From NCBI RefSeq assembly GCF_009914755.1, contig NC_060927.1: 64,000 nt of DNA; one strand, 5' to 3'. The notes below the pieces were generated by a model that had not been told where the DNA came from, searched no databases, and saw nothing but the letters and a program-made list of their open reading frames with translations. The number at the start of each line of letters is the position of its first letter. Positions within the stretch are counted from its first letter, which is position 1. The translations under genes and the position numbers were made by a program. Source of the DNA: the human T2T-CHM13v2.0 reference genome, Homo sapiens. Of this stretch, positions 12,831 through 26,120 are shown in pieces.

Positions 12831-13617
12831 ACGAATTCACTGTTAGTAAAAGACTGAGTCAGTCTTGGAAAACAGACCCTTTAACCACAACAGAGTGTTT
12901 ATAAAAGACGGAAATTATCTCAAAAAGGTGGCAGCTTAATATCAGATCAGAGACTTGGCAAGTGGGGTGAAGGGAAGGCAGTGTTGAAAGTCTGTGGCCT
13001 GTACAGACCTTTCCCTAGGGAGGTGTCCTCTTTTGCACTTTTTTTTTCCACTTGCATTGGACCTCTTGCCCTATCGACAAAACAAATCTGCTTATTGGTA
13101 TAAATTCAAGTGTTTCAAATAAGCCTGTGAAGAACATCAGTGGTTCCAGTCACCTCTCTAGGTCTTGCCCAAGGGAAGAAGCTTAGTCATTGAATGATCA
13201 ATTGGCCGAATATACCAAATTTCCTCATTGTAATGTTGTAAAAATTTAAAAAGACTTAACCATCTTAACAGAAATGTTCATCTTTGGGTATCAAATATAA
13301 TATTCAGAAAAATATACATTTTATTGCTTGGCACTAAATTCTCAGTATTAATATGGACATTTTTCTTTAATCTTGATTTATTTTATGTTATATTTTGGGT
13401 AATTCTGATTTCTTTTATTTACTTTTGAGTTTAAATTAAAGCTTACAATTGGCTTTTGACAAATTGGCTATCAGTGAACTAGCCTTAGGAAACGAACATT
13501 TGGAAAATTAATTTTCAGGAAGTTGTCCACTTCCACTGTCCCAAAGAAAGTTCCAGGTCTCAGAAATAAAGGCAATTTTATGAATTTAGCTGAAGCTGCA
13601 GTGACAAAGAGACATGT

Positions 13618-14458
13618 TGAAATGGGAAAGGTTCCCTTGTCCCCCTCTCAGGGCAACGCGACGGGAAGTGGCTCGCTTCTTACATGCCCCACTGCTCAAA
13701 CCTCCAGGGAAGCATTCAGACAGGAAGGTTGTGGGGCTCCAACCCCACGGCAATGACTAGGGATGAATGTTTACAGCTGAAGCCCCAGTGGGCTGTGTTA
13801 CAGGGTACTCTTTTAGTTTACCCTTCCGTAGGCAGATTGCGCTAGTCAGCTCAATTAGACCTTCTGCCTTATCGCAAGGACAGAGGGCTGTCTGTATCCC
13901 GGGGTTTCTTGCCTTGGTGTACCAGAAGAATCGGATCACACGTGGGCTTGGAGAATGAGTGCAAGGTTTTATTGACTGTAAGTAGCTCTCAACAGATGTG
14001 GGAGCCAGAAGGGAAATGGAGTGGGAAGGTGGTTTTCCCCTGGAGTCAGACCACTCAGTGGCCCAGGCTCTCGTCTGACTGCTCCGGCCAAAGTCCACAT
14101 CGTTCCGCCAGTCGATGGCCTGCTGGCATGCCGTCTTCTGTCCTGTGCTCTTCTGCCAGCGCGTTCCCCTTGACGTCCTCTCAATATTCAGCCACTTGTG
14201 TCTTCTTCCACCGATGTGTTCCTCTCGACGTCCAGCGACTTGTGGGTCTGCCTGCTAGGGACTCGGAGTTTTTATCGGCACAATAGGCTCAGGATGGGAG
14301 CATGGCAGGCCAGGGTAGTCTTGGGAAATGCAACATTTGGGCATGAAGGCAGGAGTGCCCATCCTCACCTGGGTCTGTGGGCACAGGCAGGGTGTGGAGC
14401 CCTCGCCAGGGATCACGCCCTTCCCTTCCCAGCACTTCCCTTCCCTGCTTTGGTATCA
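13618..14458 (-). mobile_element. ERV1 solo LTR, LTR1-like, copy A
   Basis: Minus strand reads TGATAC...GGGAAGTGCTGGGAAGGGAAGGGCGTG...TTTCA. 841 bp with a perfect 4-bp TSD ATGT (13614-13617 / 14459-14462). Clearly homologous to 31276-32070 and 33009-33786. Confidence 0.9.
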
Positions 14459-14919
14459 ATGTCACATGGACAAAATAGATGTTTTGTTTTATTTGCTTTT
14501 GTCTCCTGAAATTCTCCATTTTCTGATAATGGAGTCTTCAGTGGTTTGGAAAGGAATAACTTTTCCCACCATGAGCCACAGGGGTTGACTTGAGACATCA
14601 AGTCAATCAACTATTACATTTCTCATTTCAAATCCTGTATTCACTATTTATTTGTAAATGACAAAATCTCCATTTAAAAGAGCTATAGCAGAAAGGATAT
14701 TTGCTGACTTATAAACCTGGGAAGTCCAGAGGAGCTTCTGGGTTTAGATATGGCTGGATCAGAGAGCTCAGATGATCCTTTCTCTGCCTGTCCTCCTTCT
14801 GAAACATGAACCATGAATCTGGAAGTATCAATAACAAGCATAGTACCTGGGAACTCTCAGGTGCCACCATTCCTTCTACGTGGTTCTAGCCTGCCTGAGA
14901 GAGATGCTAACAAGGCTCA

Positions 14920-14920
<1 letters not shown>

Positions 14921-14951
<31 letters not shown>
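14921..14951. repeat. Poly(A) tract, about 31 nt
   Basis: Directly visible. Confidence 0.95.
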
Positions 14952-14953
<2 letters not shown>

Positions 14954-15389
14954 TCAGAGAATTTAGAGAAGAAATACCACAAAAATGAGTATTCTAAGCC
15001 TCACACCCTCACTTGTAAACCTGGAGGAAAACACAACAAAACAACAACAAATCCTTAAATACGAGAGGACAGAGCTCTTTGCAAAACAAGTGACAAGCAA
15101 AATAAAAGCCTTGCTTATAAAAAAGAAAGGCAGTTTTTATAGGCGTGACTGGGATAAAATGCTTATCCTCCAGTAAATCTTCTAATGATGGGGACATCTC
15201 TGCCTCATTTGACCACTGGTCAAATTTCTCTCCACTTCTGATACCCTATGTTCCTTTCTTCATTTCTAGTTTATCTGTTTATTCAAACTCTTCAAGAAAC
15301 AATAGAGCTTCCCCTGTATAGTTAGTGTGCTGTAAATAAGTAAGTTGGGATTATTTCAACAAACTTCAAGCAACTAGAAATAAACTAAA

Positions 15390-15960
15390 AATCAAGATAT
15401 TTATGGAACACCTAGTGAGTACCAGGCAATATGCTAGGTGTGGAGGAAAAAATAGTGAACAAGATGGAGAAGATGGAAAAGTTCCATATTCTGAGGAATG
15501 TACAGCAATATTGAGAAAGAACTCCAAACGCAATGAGAGGGTATTGAAGAGCATAAGGTAGGAGCATCAAATGTTATTGGGGGGAATCAGAGAAGGCTTC
15601 CCAGAGGAAGTAACAGCTGGAAAGATGGCAGGGAGTTAGCCAGGGAAAACGAATTTCAGGAAGTTGGAGCAGAGTGATGCAGACAGAGGGTGCAGCATGC
15701 ACCAGATTCAACGGCAAGAGAGCTTGGTGCTGTTGAAAAATTGAGCAATCGGAGCTTCAAAAGTGAGGAGGAGGAATGGTAAGAAATGTAGCTGGAGAGA
15801 AGTCTGATGCTAAACTCTGAGGGATTTTGAAAGTAACAAGAAAACTTTAGACTTTATTCCTGCCCTGCTGGAATGGTATTGAAGGATTTTAAGCAAGGGA
15901 GCAACATATTCAGAGGGTGCCTTTCAAAGATCACCATGTTACTGGGCGGGAAGTGGGTCA
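15390..15960 (-). mobile_element. L2 relic
   Basis: TATTTATGGAACACCTAG...GAATCAGAGAAGGCTTCCCAGAGGAAGTAACA...GAAGGATTTTAAGCAAGGGAG. Confidence 0.7.
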
Positions 15961-18499
15961 GACAAGGGCAAGGGCTGAGGGAGATCCAGTTATCACAAAC
16001 ATGGGTTTGCAGTGGCATGTTGAAAGCATGCAGCTCTTTCAAATATTGTTGTAAAATGTAATGCAAAGTTTGCATTTTGACATACTATGTATACTACCGT
16101 GTTGTAGTGCTTTAAAAATATTCCCAATTATTCACTGGTGCTAACCCCATTAATTGAGTAGCAAATAGACATTTTATTCTTGTTGAAAGAACCCTAATTT
16201 TGTTAAAGATGACAATGTGATATGAGCCCCAAATACAGGGTCATCAGTGTCCTAAGCCCATTGAGGCAATTTTGATTTCTTTCTTTTTTTTTTTTTTTTT
16301 TTTTTTGAAAATTCTGACTTCTGATGTGTAATGGTCCCTACAACTAAGAATGAAATATGATCTAATTCTGGAAACTGAAAGTAAAATGGAATTTTTATGG
16401 AGAGTATTCTGGAAAGTTTTGCTTTCCTTAAAAAGGGGATGGAGACAGCAAGCACTATTCAACAACCTGTTCTCTTCTTTCCACTTTGTACACAGACTTG
16501 GGCCCTGAAAGTATAAAAGTCATAGAATAAAAGGACAAAAAACAGGGCAAAAGCTGATATGCTAAGGATGTTAAAGGTTGGCTGCTGAGAATGAAAAGAT
16601 GGAATCTAGGTCCCTAAAACCACCAATCACCTAATTCTGGAGATATCGTGTGGTCAAATTAAGCCCCTATTTGTTTAAATCATTGTTTTTTTTACTTGCA
16701 GCCAAATGCATTTCTACTTGACATGCTAACCTTCGGGTGGAACAGATATTCCCCTGAAACAGATTTTATTTATCCTGAGATTTCACATATCACCAGGCAC
16801 ACCAGGCCAGACCCCCCCAGGGAGCATATGCACCTGAGTTGGAGAAATATCCACCATTTTCAAATAATTTCATTCTTGATTTACAATCCAAGATTCTTTT
16901 TCTTTGCTTAGTTTCAACCTAGGAGCAGTTTAAACTCTAAAGACCAAGAAGGACAAGTGAAAGTCCTTTCATCCTGTGTGTCTGGGTTTACCTTGGCCCT
17001 CTGGTAGGGAATGACAGTGACATTTTCTTAAACACAAAGCCCTTTTAAATTGCAGATGAAAGTAGTACATCAGTACAAAGAATATTTACTGTTCTTGGAG
17101 AGCTTTTCCATTTGTTTCCTTCTGGACTAATGTACTTTTTTTCAAGAGCCCCTGAGTGGTCTGATCCTTTCAGTTTTCAATGTAAGTTAGGCAGGGAAAG
17201 ATGAAAAGAGGGATGGCTTTGCAATGTAGCTTCTCTCAAAAAGTTGACAGTGGAACAGTACACTTTCAATTGCTGGATGGGCCCCAAGCTCTAAGGAAGG
17301 CTGGGTCTTTTTCTGCACTTCTCTTGTTTGAACATCCTCCCACAGTCTAACAGTCCCATAGGCAAGTGCCAGTTGGACTGCACAAGCATTATTCTTTCCT
17401 AGCTGTTTATGAGCAAATGCAGGCTTTCCCCAGACTCTAGGCAGTGAATGTATTTCTCTGTATTTAAAGACAGAAGCATGGCCATCAGGAGAAAGGGACT
17501 ATTTTTGTGATAAATGCAGAAATGCCGTGGCTTTGCATGATTTATTGTAGATGAGTGTGAGAGGGAATATAAAAACTATTCCATTAATTTCATTTCCATT
17601 TTAGTGGTTATGTGGGCTTAGCTGCTTTGAAAATTATCTTCTTCTTCTCTCTGGAGGGAGATTTGCAAAACTACAGAATGGCTGGCTGTGATTTGGCATA
17701 AGCAATGGAATCATCTTAGGAAGCTAGTTCTCCTGGCTCTCCCAGCCCCAACCTCCATTAATGATTTTTGGGCAATGAAAGAAAGTTGTCTGGAGCCTTC
17801 TTTAATTCTACATATCCCCAGTCTAATAACAGTGTCATTGTGTCTTCCCACTAATTATACCTAGGCTATCACTTCATTCATTCATATGTAAGTCCATCTG
17901 TTCCTTGAAAGGGCTCAGTAATGTCTATCCTTGGAAACACTAATATTCTGGTTATGCTTTTTTATCAAGAATGTTCTTTTTACTGCCTTCATTGCATTTT
18001 CAAAACCTAGATTTCTAAACTGGATATTTAGAAGGAATCATTTTAAATTCATATTGATTCTGCCAATTCCCAAAGATATCTTCAAGCTGGAAATTTCTTA
18101 TCACAAGTTCTAGCTTCGTTTTAGCTTAACTGGCAGAAAAGCATTTTGTACTAAGCAAATAGGTGATGATATTAGCTTAAATGTATTGAGTTCTCAATAC
18201 AAGCCCAGGACAGTTCCAGCTGAAATATCATCTCATTTCAGCATCTGCACAACCCACTGTGGTAGAGTATATAAGTAATTAGTAACTAAGAATTTAATTG
18301 TCTAAAATCGTACATCAGGTACATGGTAGTGCCTGGATGTGCACCCAAGCGTTCAGATCCAGAGTCCAGACTCTTAACTGCGCTACTTAGCTGCTACAAA
18401 TTAATGTCTTCAAGGAAAGCTATGCATTGAGATTTATCAATTGTCAGTCCTGTATTTTCTGTGGCTATTTTGAAGAACAGATGAATTTCATAGTAGTGT

Positions 18500-19050
18500 G
18501 AATATTTTTGGCGGTCAACCCAGCATCATGTTTCTTCCCTCCTTCCTTCCAAAACAATTATTTTTGTTCAAGTATTCATTCTGTTCTCATAATTAACTCC
18601 ATCTTCACCTCCAGAAGTGGTCCTTCATTAGTCTAAGCCAGATGTGGTACCCCGATCTTTCTGGATGGTGATTGGATATCAAGCTTGAGCCGATCTACTC
18701 TAGAAATTCTCCTGGTCATTATCATTGGTTCCAGGATAAGCTCAATATGAGTCAGTTCAGTAGGACTGAAGGGAAAAATATTTATCCTAGAGTGAGGGAA
18801 ATGGATTATCTCCCTCCCACTATAACCACGCAGTCACTTGCCCCACATGCTGCTGGCAGCCATCGTGCGACTACCAGGAGAGCCAAGCAGATACAAAGTT
18901 GATAGAGGAAAGAGTTAAGTGGACAGGAGAGAAACCTCCAAATCCCTGATCGCCAGAGCTTGATCACATACCTCTTTATGGGAAATACATTTTCTTTGTA
19001 TTTGAGTTAATATAAGCCACAGTTTATTTATCGCCAAATGCATCCTTAAG
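18500..19050 (+). mobile_element. Old MaLR LTR relic (MLT1 family)
   Basis: GCTGCTGGCAGCCATC...AATACATTTTCTTTGTATTTGAGTTAA...GCCAAATGCATCCT. Boundaries approximate. Confidence 0.45.
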
Positions 19051-19413
19051 GAATGTGGGCATCCACTCACTTGGTATGAGTTCAGGGGCTCTGAGTGGAA
19101 GACTGCATCTGGGTATCTCACCTGGCTACAGAACCTCACATTCCCTATAACTACAGTCATTCCTTAAGGATCTTCTGATGCACTGACTGTTAACTAGGCC
19201 AACATAATACCTTATTGAGGGGAATATTTAAGAACATCAGATTCACAGACTAGTTCATATTAACCTGGCCCTGTTTGGTGTCCCACCTTCTGAAGTCTCC
19301 ATTGTACATTTTCTTCCCCTAACTACTGCCACCCTTTTTTTCCTTCAGGTCTTCTAATTTACCATGTTCTCCTCTGCCTCAAGCTCTCAGCTGCTATCAT
19401 CCCTCCCTGCCAT

Positions 19414-19415
<2 letters not shown>

Positions 19416-19480
<65 letters not shown>
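19416..19480. repeat. (CA)n(GA)n compound microsatellite
   Basis: Directly visible. Confidence 0.97.
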
Positions 19481-19759
19481 CAAGAGACCTTTGGCTGGTC
19501 TCAGCTTTCTGAGCTCAGCTCTGTTAACATTTCTTCAGGGAAACCATCTCCAGTCTTTCTAAGCAAATCACATCCCCCCATGAAGCATTTCATGGACACC
19601 ATCATGGCAGAGACTGAGAGATGTCTCTTTATTTCTATTCTTTCTTTCTTCTTTAGAAGCAGAACCCTAGATTTTTAGCCGGGCACAAAATTGGGCCAGA
19701 GTAAAGAAAGATTACATCTCTCACCTCCTTTTCAGCTAGGAGTGTCCACATTTCAAATA

Positions 19760-20202
19760 TCATAACTCACGCTACTGGTGCCTGGTTCATTTCCCCTCAG
19801 CCATCACCATTCCAAGAAATTCCAATCCCATCCTACTGCAAGCACTGGATACTCCCTGCATCGAGGCTGCTCTCTGAGCTGGGACTGGCTGGAAATGCTG
19901 GAAAGTTAGGGAAGCCTTCACTCAATTATAGATTTGGTGCAGGAAAATAAATAGCACAGCTTTCTTACCTTTAGGGTGGAATTACTCTGAAGCATATGTT
20001 CTACACTGCCTCCTACAGTCCCCAGTGGGATTGAACCTCAGGTGTCCCTGCAGTAAGTTGTTCTAGAAATGTTCACGATTGCCTGCCTTCCCTTCTCACA
20101 TCTCCATTTCTGCTGTAATATTCTAGGATCATCTACCAAATAAACTACATACACTTTATCTTTCATCTCAGGTTTTGCTTGTAACAAAACTCAACCTGAG
20201 AC
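19760..20202 (+). mobile_element. ERVL LTR16-like LTR
   Basis: CCCCAGTGGGATTGAACC...CCAAATAAACTAC...CATCTCAGGTTTTGCTT...AACCTGAGACA 3' end. Confidence 0.65.
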
Positions 20203-20379
20203 ATAGTACTCTTTCCCATGGAAAGGTTTCCCTAATCTTCCCAAATTAAACATGATCATCTTTCTTTTCTGAAGCCATTTATACTTATTTTGCATCTTTC
20301 TTGTGGTATTTTTATTGTTTCCCTATCTTCTTGGCTTATATCCTCAATTAGAATCCTAATTCTTTGTGTGTCAAGTTGA

Positions 20380-20600
20380 AAGCTCAGGTTCTGGTGTCAG
20401 ACAAATGTAAAATCCCAGCCACACCTGTATGTGACTAGCTGTGTAATTTCAAACTGTTGCCCTTCAGACATGTTTTCTCATCAATATAATAAAAATAATA
20501 AGAGCATCTACCTTTTAGCCTTTTTTGTGAGAATTAAATTAGGCAATCCATGAAAAGCATTTAGAAAAATGCCTGACCCAAGTTATTGCTTAATACATTT
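20380..20600. mobile_element. MIR SINE relic
   Basis: TCTGGTGTCAGAC...ACTAGCTGTGT...GTGAGAATTAAAT...AAAGCATTTAGAA. Confidence 0.7.
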
Positions 20601-21099
20601 TGTTTCCTACCATATTATTATTATTAATAGTAGTAGTAGTAATTTTTACAACTTCCACAGTGTAGAGTACAATATCCTTTCAGTGTATAATTAGACATGA
20701 AATTGATATTTATTAATAATGAAGTGATGAGATAGATCAGCACATTTTGTCTTCATACTCAGCATTGAGACTTGATTTAACCAATGGACTTTTACAGCAC
20801 ACAAAACAGAAGTACTGGTAAACCAGTCAGTCTTTAGGATTTCTCAGAGATGTGAATATAAACTGCCAAGTGCTCTTCCATCTGCTCTGGGAGCAATACA
20901 CACTTGGCCATTTTCTGAGAAGTTCAAAGGCACAAAAACATGGGTTAGATATCTTTCTTCTCCTTTGATCTACTCAAGACATGCTTAAAGAGATGTACTT
21001 TAACTTTATACATTAAAGTATAAAGAGATAATACTTTAAGATGCACTTAGCAGTTCCATATGGAGAGTGGATATGGGAGCAAAGCAGAAGCATGATGTA

Positions 21100-21480
21100 T
21101 CTTTCTCCCAGCCATCCTCTCTATCATACCAGAGTGAGCTTGATAAAACAAAACTGACCAGATTACCCCTCTGCTAAAATGTCCTTGAAAGCTTCCCATA
21201 TCCTGCTGTAAAATATGGTTTATAAGGTCACTTACAGTTCGTGCCAACCCCTCCAGCCATGTCATCCCAGCAGGGTAAACTCAACCCAAGCCAAACTTCC
21301 TGTGATCCATCTGAAAACTGCCTACCACTTACATGCCATTGCAGATGCTGACTGCTCTGACAGGGATACCCTTCTCCATCCCTCTTTTGTGCGTAGTATC
21401 TCCTCACCTTCCGAGATTCAGCTTATCCTCCACCAAGAAGCCCTTTCTATATCCCAACCCCGTATCAGGTAAAACTGACC
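21100..21480 (+). mobile_element. L2 relic
   Basis: CCAGAGTGAGCTT...AAAACTGACCAGATTACCCCTCTGCTAAAA...CTTCCGAGATTCAGCTTA. Confidence 0.55.
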
Positions 21481-22889
21481 ACTTCCTCTTATATCTGTCT
21501 TCCAAAAGCTCTAGCTTTGAACCTATGATGCTAAATAATACATGGAACTCATGTACCACAATATCCAGGTGATTCATACCAGAAAAATAATTATTTGTTC
21601 CAGCCAAGCTCAAACATACTTGACACCCAAGCCAAAACATTTCTCCACTCTTCTCGTGGGGTTCTTTTTTAGGCCACAGAGTGTCTACTTTAGATGAGCA
21701 CCCTAAGTCCCCTCTCCCTTGATTTGCCTTCTTGAATCTACCCCTCTGCCACCTCCCAGTACCTGGCTCCATCAAACCAACCCCTCACTCTCTGTGAGGT
21801 TAAGGGCAGCAAGACCTCTGGCTTCAGGTGTCCAAGGCTGGCAATGGTCAAACTTCACATTTTATAAGACAAACTCTCTTGCATTATGGAGCAATTAACT
21901 TAATATTTCTGTGCCATAAGTTCCTGAACGGTAAAAAAAAAAAATAAAAGTACCTATTTCATAGAATAGTTAAAAGTATAAATGAGGTAATATACAAAAA
22001 GCATTTAGAACAATGCCTGGCATATACATGTTCAAAAATGAGAGTTATTATTTGTTACATTATTAATTATATCAGAAGTAGTAGAAATATTGATCACCTC
22101 TCACATTATAACTTTTAAGGATGATTATGCCAAAGACACTCCACCTCCACCAGGAGTAAGGATAGAGAGAAATGGAAGGGGCAGAAAGGGTTGAGACTCT
22201 ATTGACCACACATGTATTTGTTCATGTATGTATCTTATTCCTCCTTCCCCCATGCAGCTAAGCTAATGGACTGTGAGTACGTTAAAAGAAGAGCCTATGT
22301 CTTGATCCTAGTTGTATCTCCAGTATTTGGCATGATATTAGGTCCCCAGTAGAGACTCAATGAATGTTTGTTCTGTATTAGAGGGACACTTGGATGATAG
22401 CCTGTTTCTGCCTAGCATTGGTACTTGTAGACAAATTCCAGAATACATAAAGGCAAAGGCCCTGGCCATGTATTGTTTATCTGTATGTGGGAGGCTCCTT
22501 CATGTCTCGCTTATCTTTTATTTCTACTCCCCATTTTCAGAGAAGCACGGAGAGTATGCAAACAATGTGTTAAGAACTTGGTTAATTAATAGAAAACAGA
22601 TTTGGGATTTAATTATGTGTGTATAAAACTTCACCTCAACTCCTCCGTGGCCATTTTTTACTTTTGATTTTGGTACCTATAGAAGACTAGCTGGCACATA
22701 GTAGGTGCTCAAAATAGATATTTGCTGAATGAATCCATGGCAGATAGCGTCAACTCTGCAAGAGTTGCAAATTAGGGAATCAAGAAAGCAGGAGAGCTGG
22801 TACGTTCAAGGAACACATTGCTTTCAAGGTGATTATGCACACTTCCAACTGAGAGCAAAGGAGTGGGAACAAGCTGGGGGCCCTAAATC

Positions 22890-23239
22890 TTTTTTCTTTC
22901 TTTCTTTCTCTCTTTCTTTCTTTCTTTTGTTCTTGTATTTCTTTTTTTTGGAGACAGGGTCTCACTCTGTCACCCAGGCTGGAGTGCAGTAGCGCAATCA
23001 TAGCTAACTGCAGCCTTTTCCTCCTGGATGGTCAAGTGATCCTCCCTTTTCAGGCTCCAGAGTAGCTGGGATTACAGGTACAAACCACCATGCCTGCCTA
23101 ATTTTTTTTCTTTAATTTTTTTAGAGACAGGGTCTTGCTATGTTGCCCAGGCTGGTCTCAAACTCCTGGACTCAAGCAGTCCTCCCACCTTTGCCTTTCA
23201 AAGTGCTAGGATCACAGGCATGAGCCACTATACCTGGTC
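22890..23239 (-). mobile_element. AluJ
   Basis: GAGACAGGGTCTCACTCTGTCACCCAGGCTGGAGTGCAG with J-type GGGTCTTGCTATGTTGCCCAGG and ATCATAGCT, plus a degenerate T-rich tail. Confidence 0.93.
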
Positions 23240-24766
23240 TTCCTAATTCCAAAGCAAACAGATTTTGTATTCCCCACCACAAGCTAGATGCCAGGGCAAT
23301 CTCTGATGCTAATTCTTTTTTTACAATATATTAATGTATCTCTGTATATTTATCTTGCTTTAAAAAATCTTTAAATATACACATAGGACTATGTGAGAAC
23401 AAACAAAGACATCAAAGTTTATCTTCTCTACAGTTGGAAGAATAATGAAATAACTGCAAAGCACCCCCTCCATAAAATATCTTTATGAGCAAATGTAAAC
23501 TAACATTTATTATAGAACCAGAGATTTTAAGAGGAGAAGCAGAAAAGCTTTTAAATCAAATCTGACACTCTTGCCTGATTCATCCCATAATGGAGCAACA
23601 TGATATATTATGGATAAGGAGGCAAAGCAGTGAGGAGGCTCATTCAGAAGCTACTGAGAAGCTCTGAAATTATTTTAGGGAGTAGTATGTTAACAAAGAA
23701 ATATACTAGAAGCAACAGGAAGCAGGTAAAGACAGGTGGATTTCTTCTCATTTGGCTGCAGGAATTTAGCTTCATTGCCTGAGCCAGCCACATGCTTCCA
23801 TACCAGACTTTGCCTCTTTATTCCATTCTCCTTTTTCAACTTTCTGTTCTCTTTGGCAAGGTAATAAGAGCTTCTCAATCAAACAGATGATTTGTATTCA
23901 GACTCTAGCTCTGCAGTGTGATATTTAAGTGTCTGTGGGCAAGTTCCTCCTCATCTATAAACTGTGGATATTTCTTAGCAGATAATAGTTGATATAAAGA
24001 TAAAATAATGTATGTGTATAGAATATAGTTCTTGCATAATTCTTATTAGTAATACATTTTCCCAGTGTTCGTGTTGCTATGTTATACTGTGAACAAATAT
24101 CTAAGATCCTAGCTCTACTCCTTCAAAGAGGTTAGTGCATCTAGAGAAATGGCTATATACATGGATGGGGGAATGACAAAAGCGGGAAGAGAAGAGAAAT
24201 AGTACCTGTTGCATATATACCTTATGGCAAATGCTGTACTATGTTTCTAGAAATGACAACATTTCAGGATAAATATCATTAGTATGCCCATTTTTTTTTC
24301 AAAAGCAGACATCAAGGCTCAGAGACAAAGTCATTTACTTAACTAGATAATAAAGGCAGAACTAGCTTTAAACTCCAGTCTGTTCTATGCGACTTCAAAT
24401 TCCATGGCCTTTCTATTGCTTAAAAAGGAAAATATACAAATACAACAAATTTTTAAGAACCCAGTTTATTAGATACTTGCAAATGTATTGCCTTATTTAA
24501 TCTTCCCAGCAGTCTTTTGAGGAAAGAATTCTTATCTCCACCTTCATTTTACAGAGGAGGACTGTGATAGTTTGCCTGAGACCATTATGTCCAATGGGAA
24601 TCTCTGTTTTGTAAAAGACAAGCATCCTAACCTAGACCATTAGTTGGTTCATAGAACTGAAAGTGTCAGAGCTACCTGCTTTAGGCAGGATATGTGATCC
24701 AGCAGGCCAACCCATGACACCAACACTGTTTCTCTCTCTCTCTTTCTGCCTTTTGCAGTGTTGACC

Positions 24767-24858
24767 TCATCCTCAGGCTCCACAGAGTCTCCTACGCTGC
24801 TCCAGTCCTTCCCCCGATGGCTGAAGCATGGGAGACTCTCTGTGGAGCTTGAGGGTGA
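24767..24858 (+). ncRNA. Candidate long stem-loop RNA (pri-miRNA-like), unassigned
   Basis: 24767-24787 TCATCCTCAGGCTCCACAGAG pairs with 24838-24858 CTCTGTGGAGCTTGAGGGTGA (19 Watson-Crick + 2 G-U). Inner helices are TCTCC/GGAGA, TACGCT/AGCATG and CAGTC/GGCTG, with an 11-nt loop. The fold is certain but expression is unknown. Confidence 0.4.
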
Positions 24859-25769
24859 AGCCATCTTCCCTTTCCCAGAAGCCCCAGCAGTGCCTCTGTG
24901 CATTTATTTGGCTCTGATTGCTTCCAGAGCACATCCCTGACTGATCCATATGGCCAGGCAGCGGGGTGGGATATGATAATTGGCTCATGCCAAATGGGAA
25001 CTATGCCTGGAGGCTGAGGATCAATGGACAGACATCCTTTCTACCCAGAGGCATAAAGACAAAATGTAGTGGAGAAGAAGCTGGAGGGAGATCAGGGCTC
25101 TGTCACCCAGGAGATGCAATGGATTCTGGGGAGATTGAAGGTATTAAACAACCTTGATAATCAATGCTGTCTGATTACCAGTGGAATTTTCTTTCCATTT
25201 CACAACGACTGCTTTATAAAAACAATTAAGTAGCAACATAAAGTGCTTTTCTAGGCCAAATGAATGGTTCACGTATTAAGAACCGTAGATCATCTACAGT
25301 GACTGTAGGAAAGGGTGGGAGTGGGAGTCTGCTAAGTAATTCCACAGTCCTAAGCTCTGGAATTGAAGGACTCAGAGAGTCAGAGGATGAGAGAAATTCT
25401 AGGTCAGAGTTGGGAGGATGCATTGCAGAAAGTTTCCAGGATGAAGCTACATGTAGGATGATCAGGGAACAGTAAGGTAAAGACCTCACTTAGTCAAAGA
25501 CCTTACTATTAAAGAAGGATCATGGGAAATAGTTCCATTTAACAACTTCAGAAACTCTTAGAAGGTAATATGGTTTTTGAATATAAGTAATTCATACATA
25601 CTCCAAATACTGAACTATGTGAGAAGTATAAAGAAATCTAAGAAAGTCTTAATTTTTTCCATAGTGACTTTGTTTGATGCTTTTAAAAATATAGCAGGCA
25701 TAAAACTATTTCAAAAATGATTTCACTCATACTGTTTGGCATCCTTGATTTCCTGCACATTTTCCTGAG

Positions 25770-26120
25770 TTATTCAGCAAGGGGGCTAGGAGTGGGGGAC
25801 AGAAGGGAGTAAGGTTTGAGAGGCAGGAAGGTTCTGGCACACTCAGGTGGTCGAAGTGGACTTGATTCTGAAAATAATGGTGAACCTCTGCAAATCTGTT
25901 AGCAGAAAGGATAAACAAAGGCAAAGCTGTGCTTTAGGAATATTCGTGGAGCAGCAGTGTGCACAAAAGATCAAAAGAAAAAGATATTTTAAGAGATGGA
26001 TTTGATAGACATCAAGAAAGAGAAACTGGCAAGACTTGGTGACTCTTTGATTTTGGTTGGAGAAGGAAGAGTTAATGGGTTTGTGCACTTGAATGAATGA
26101 CAGCAATGACAGAGGTATAG
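25770..26120 (-). mobile_element. L2 relic
   Basis: GAGATGGATTTGATAGACAT...GGCAAGACTTGGTGACT. Confidence 0.55.

Noticed and set aside
13523-14610. Dense stack of 60-125 aa ORFs, also at 31170-32092 and 32890-33819
   Set aside because: They come from the higher GC content of the LTR1-like elements and show no gag, pol or env similarity.
14900-14960. Long poly(A) as the tail of a processed pseudogene, also poly(T) at about 16284-16306 and 35494-35519
   Set aside because: I see no adjacent polyadenylation signal, TSD or recognisable mRNA/SINE body, so I treated them as simple repeats.
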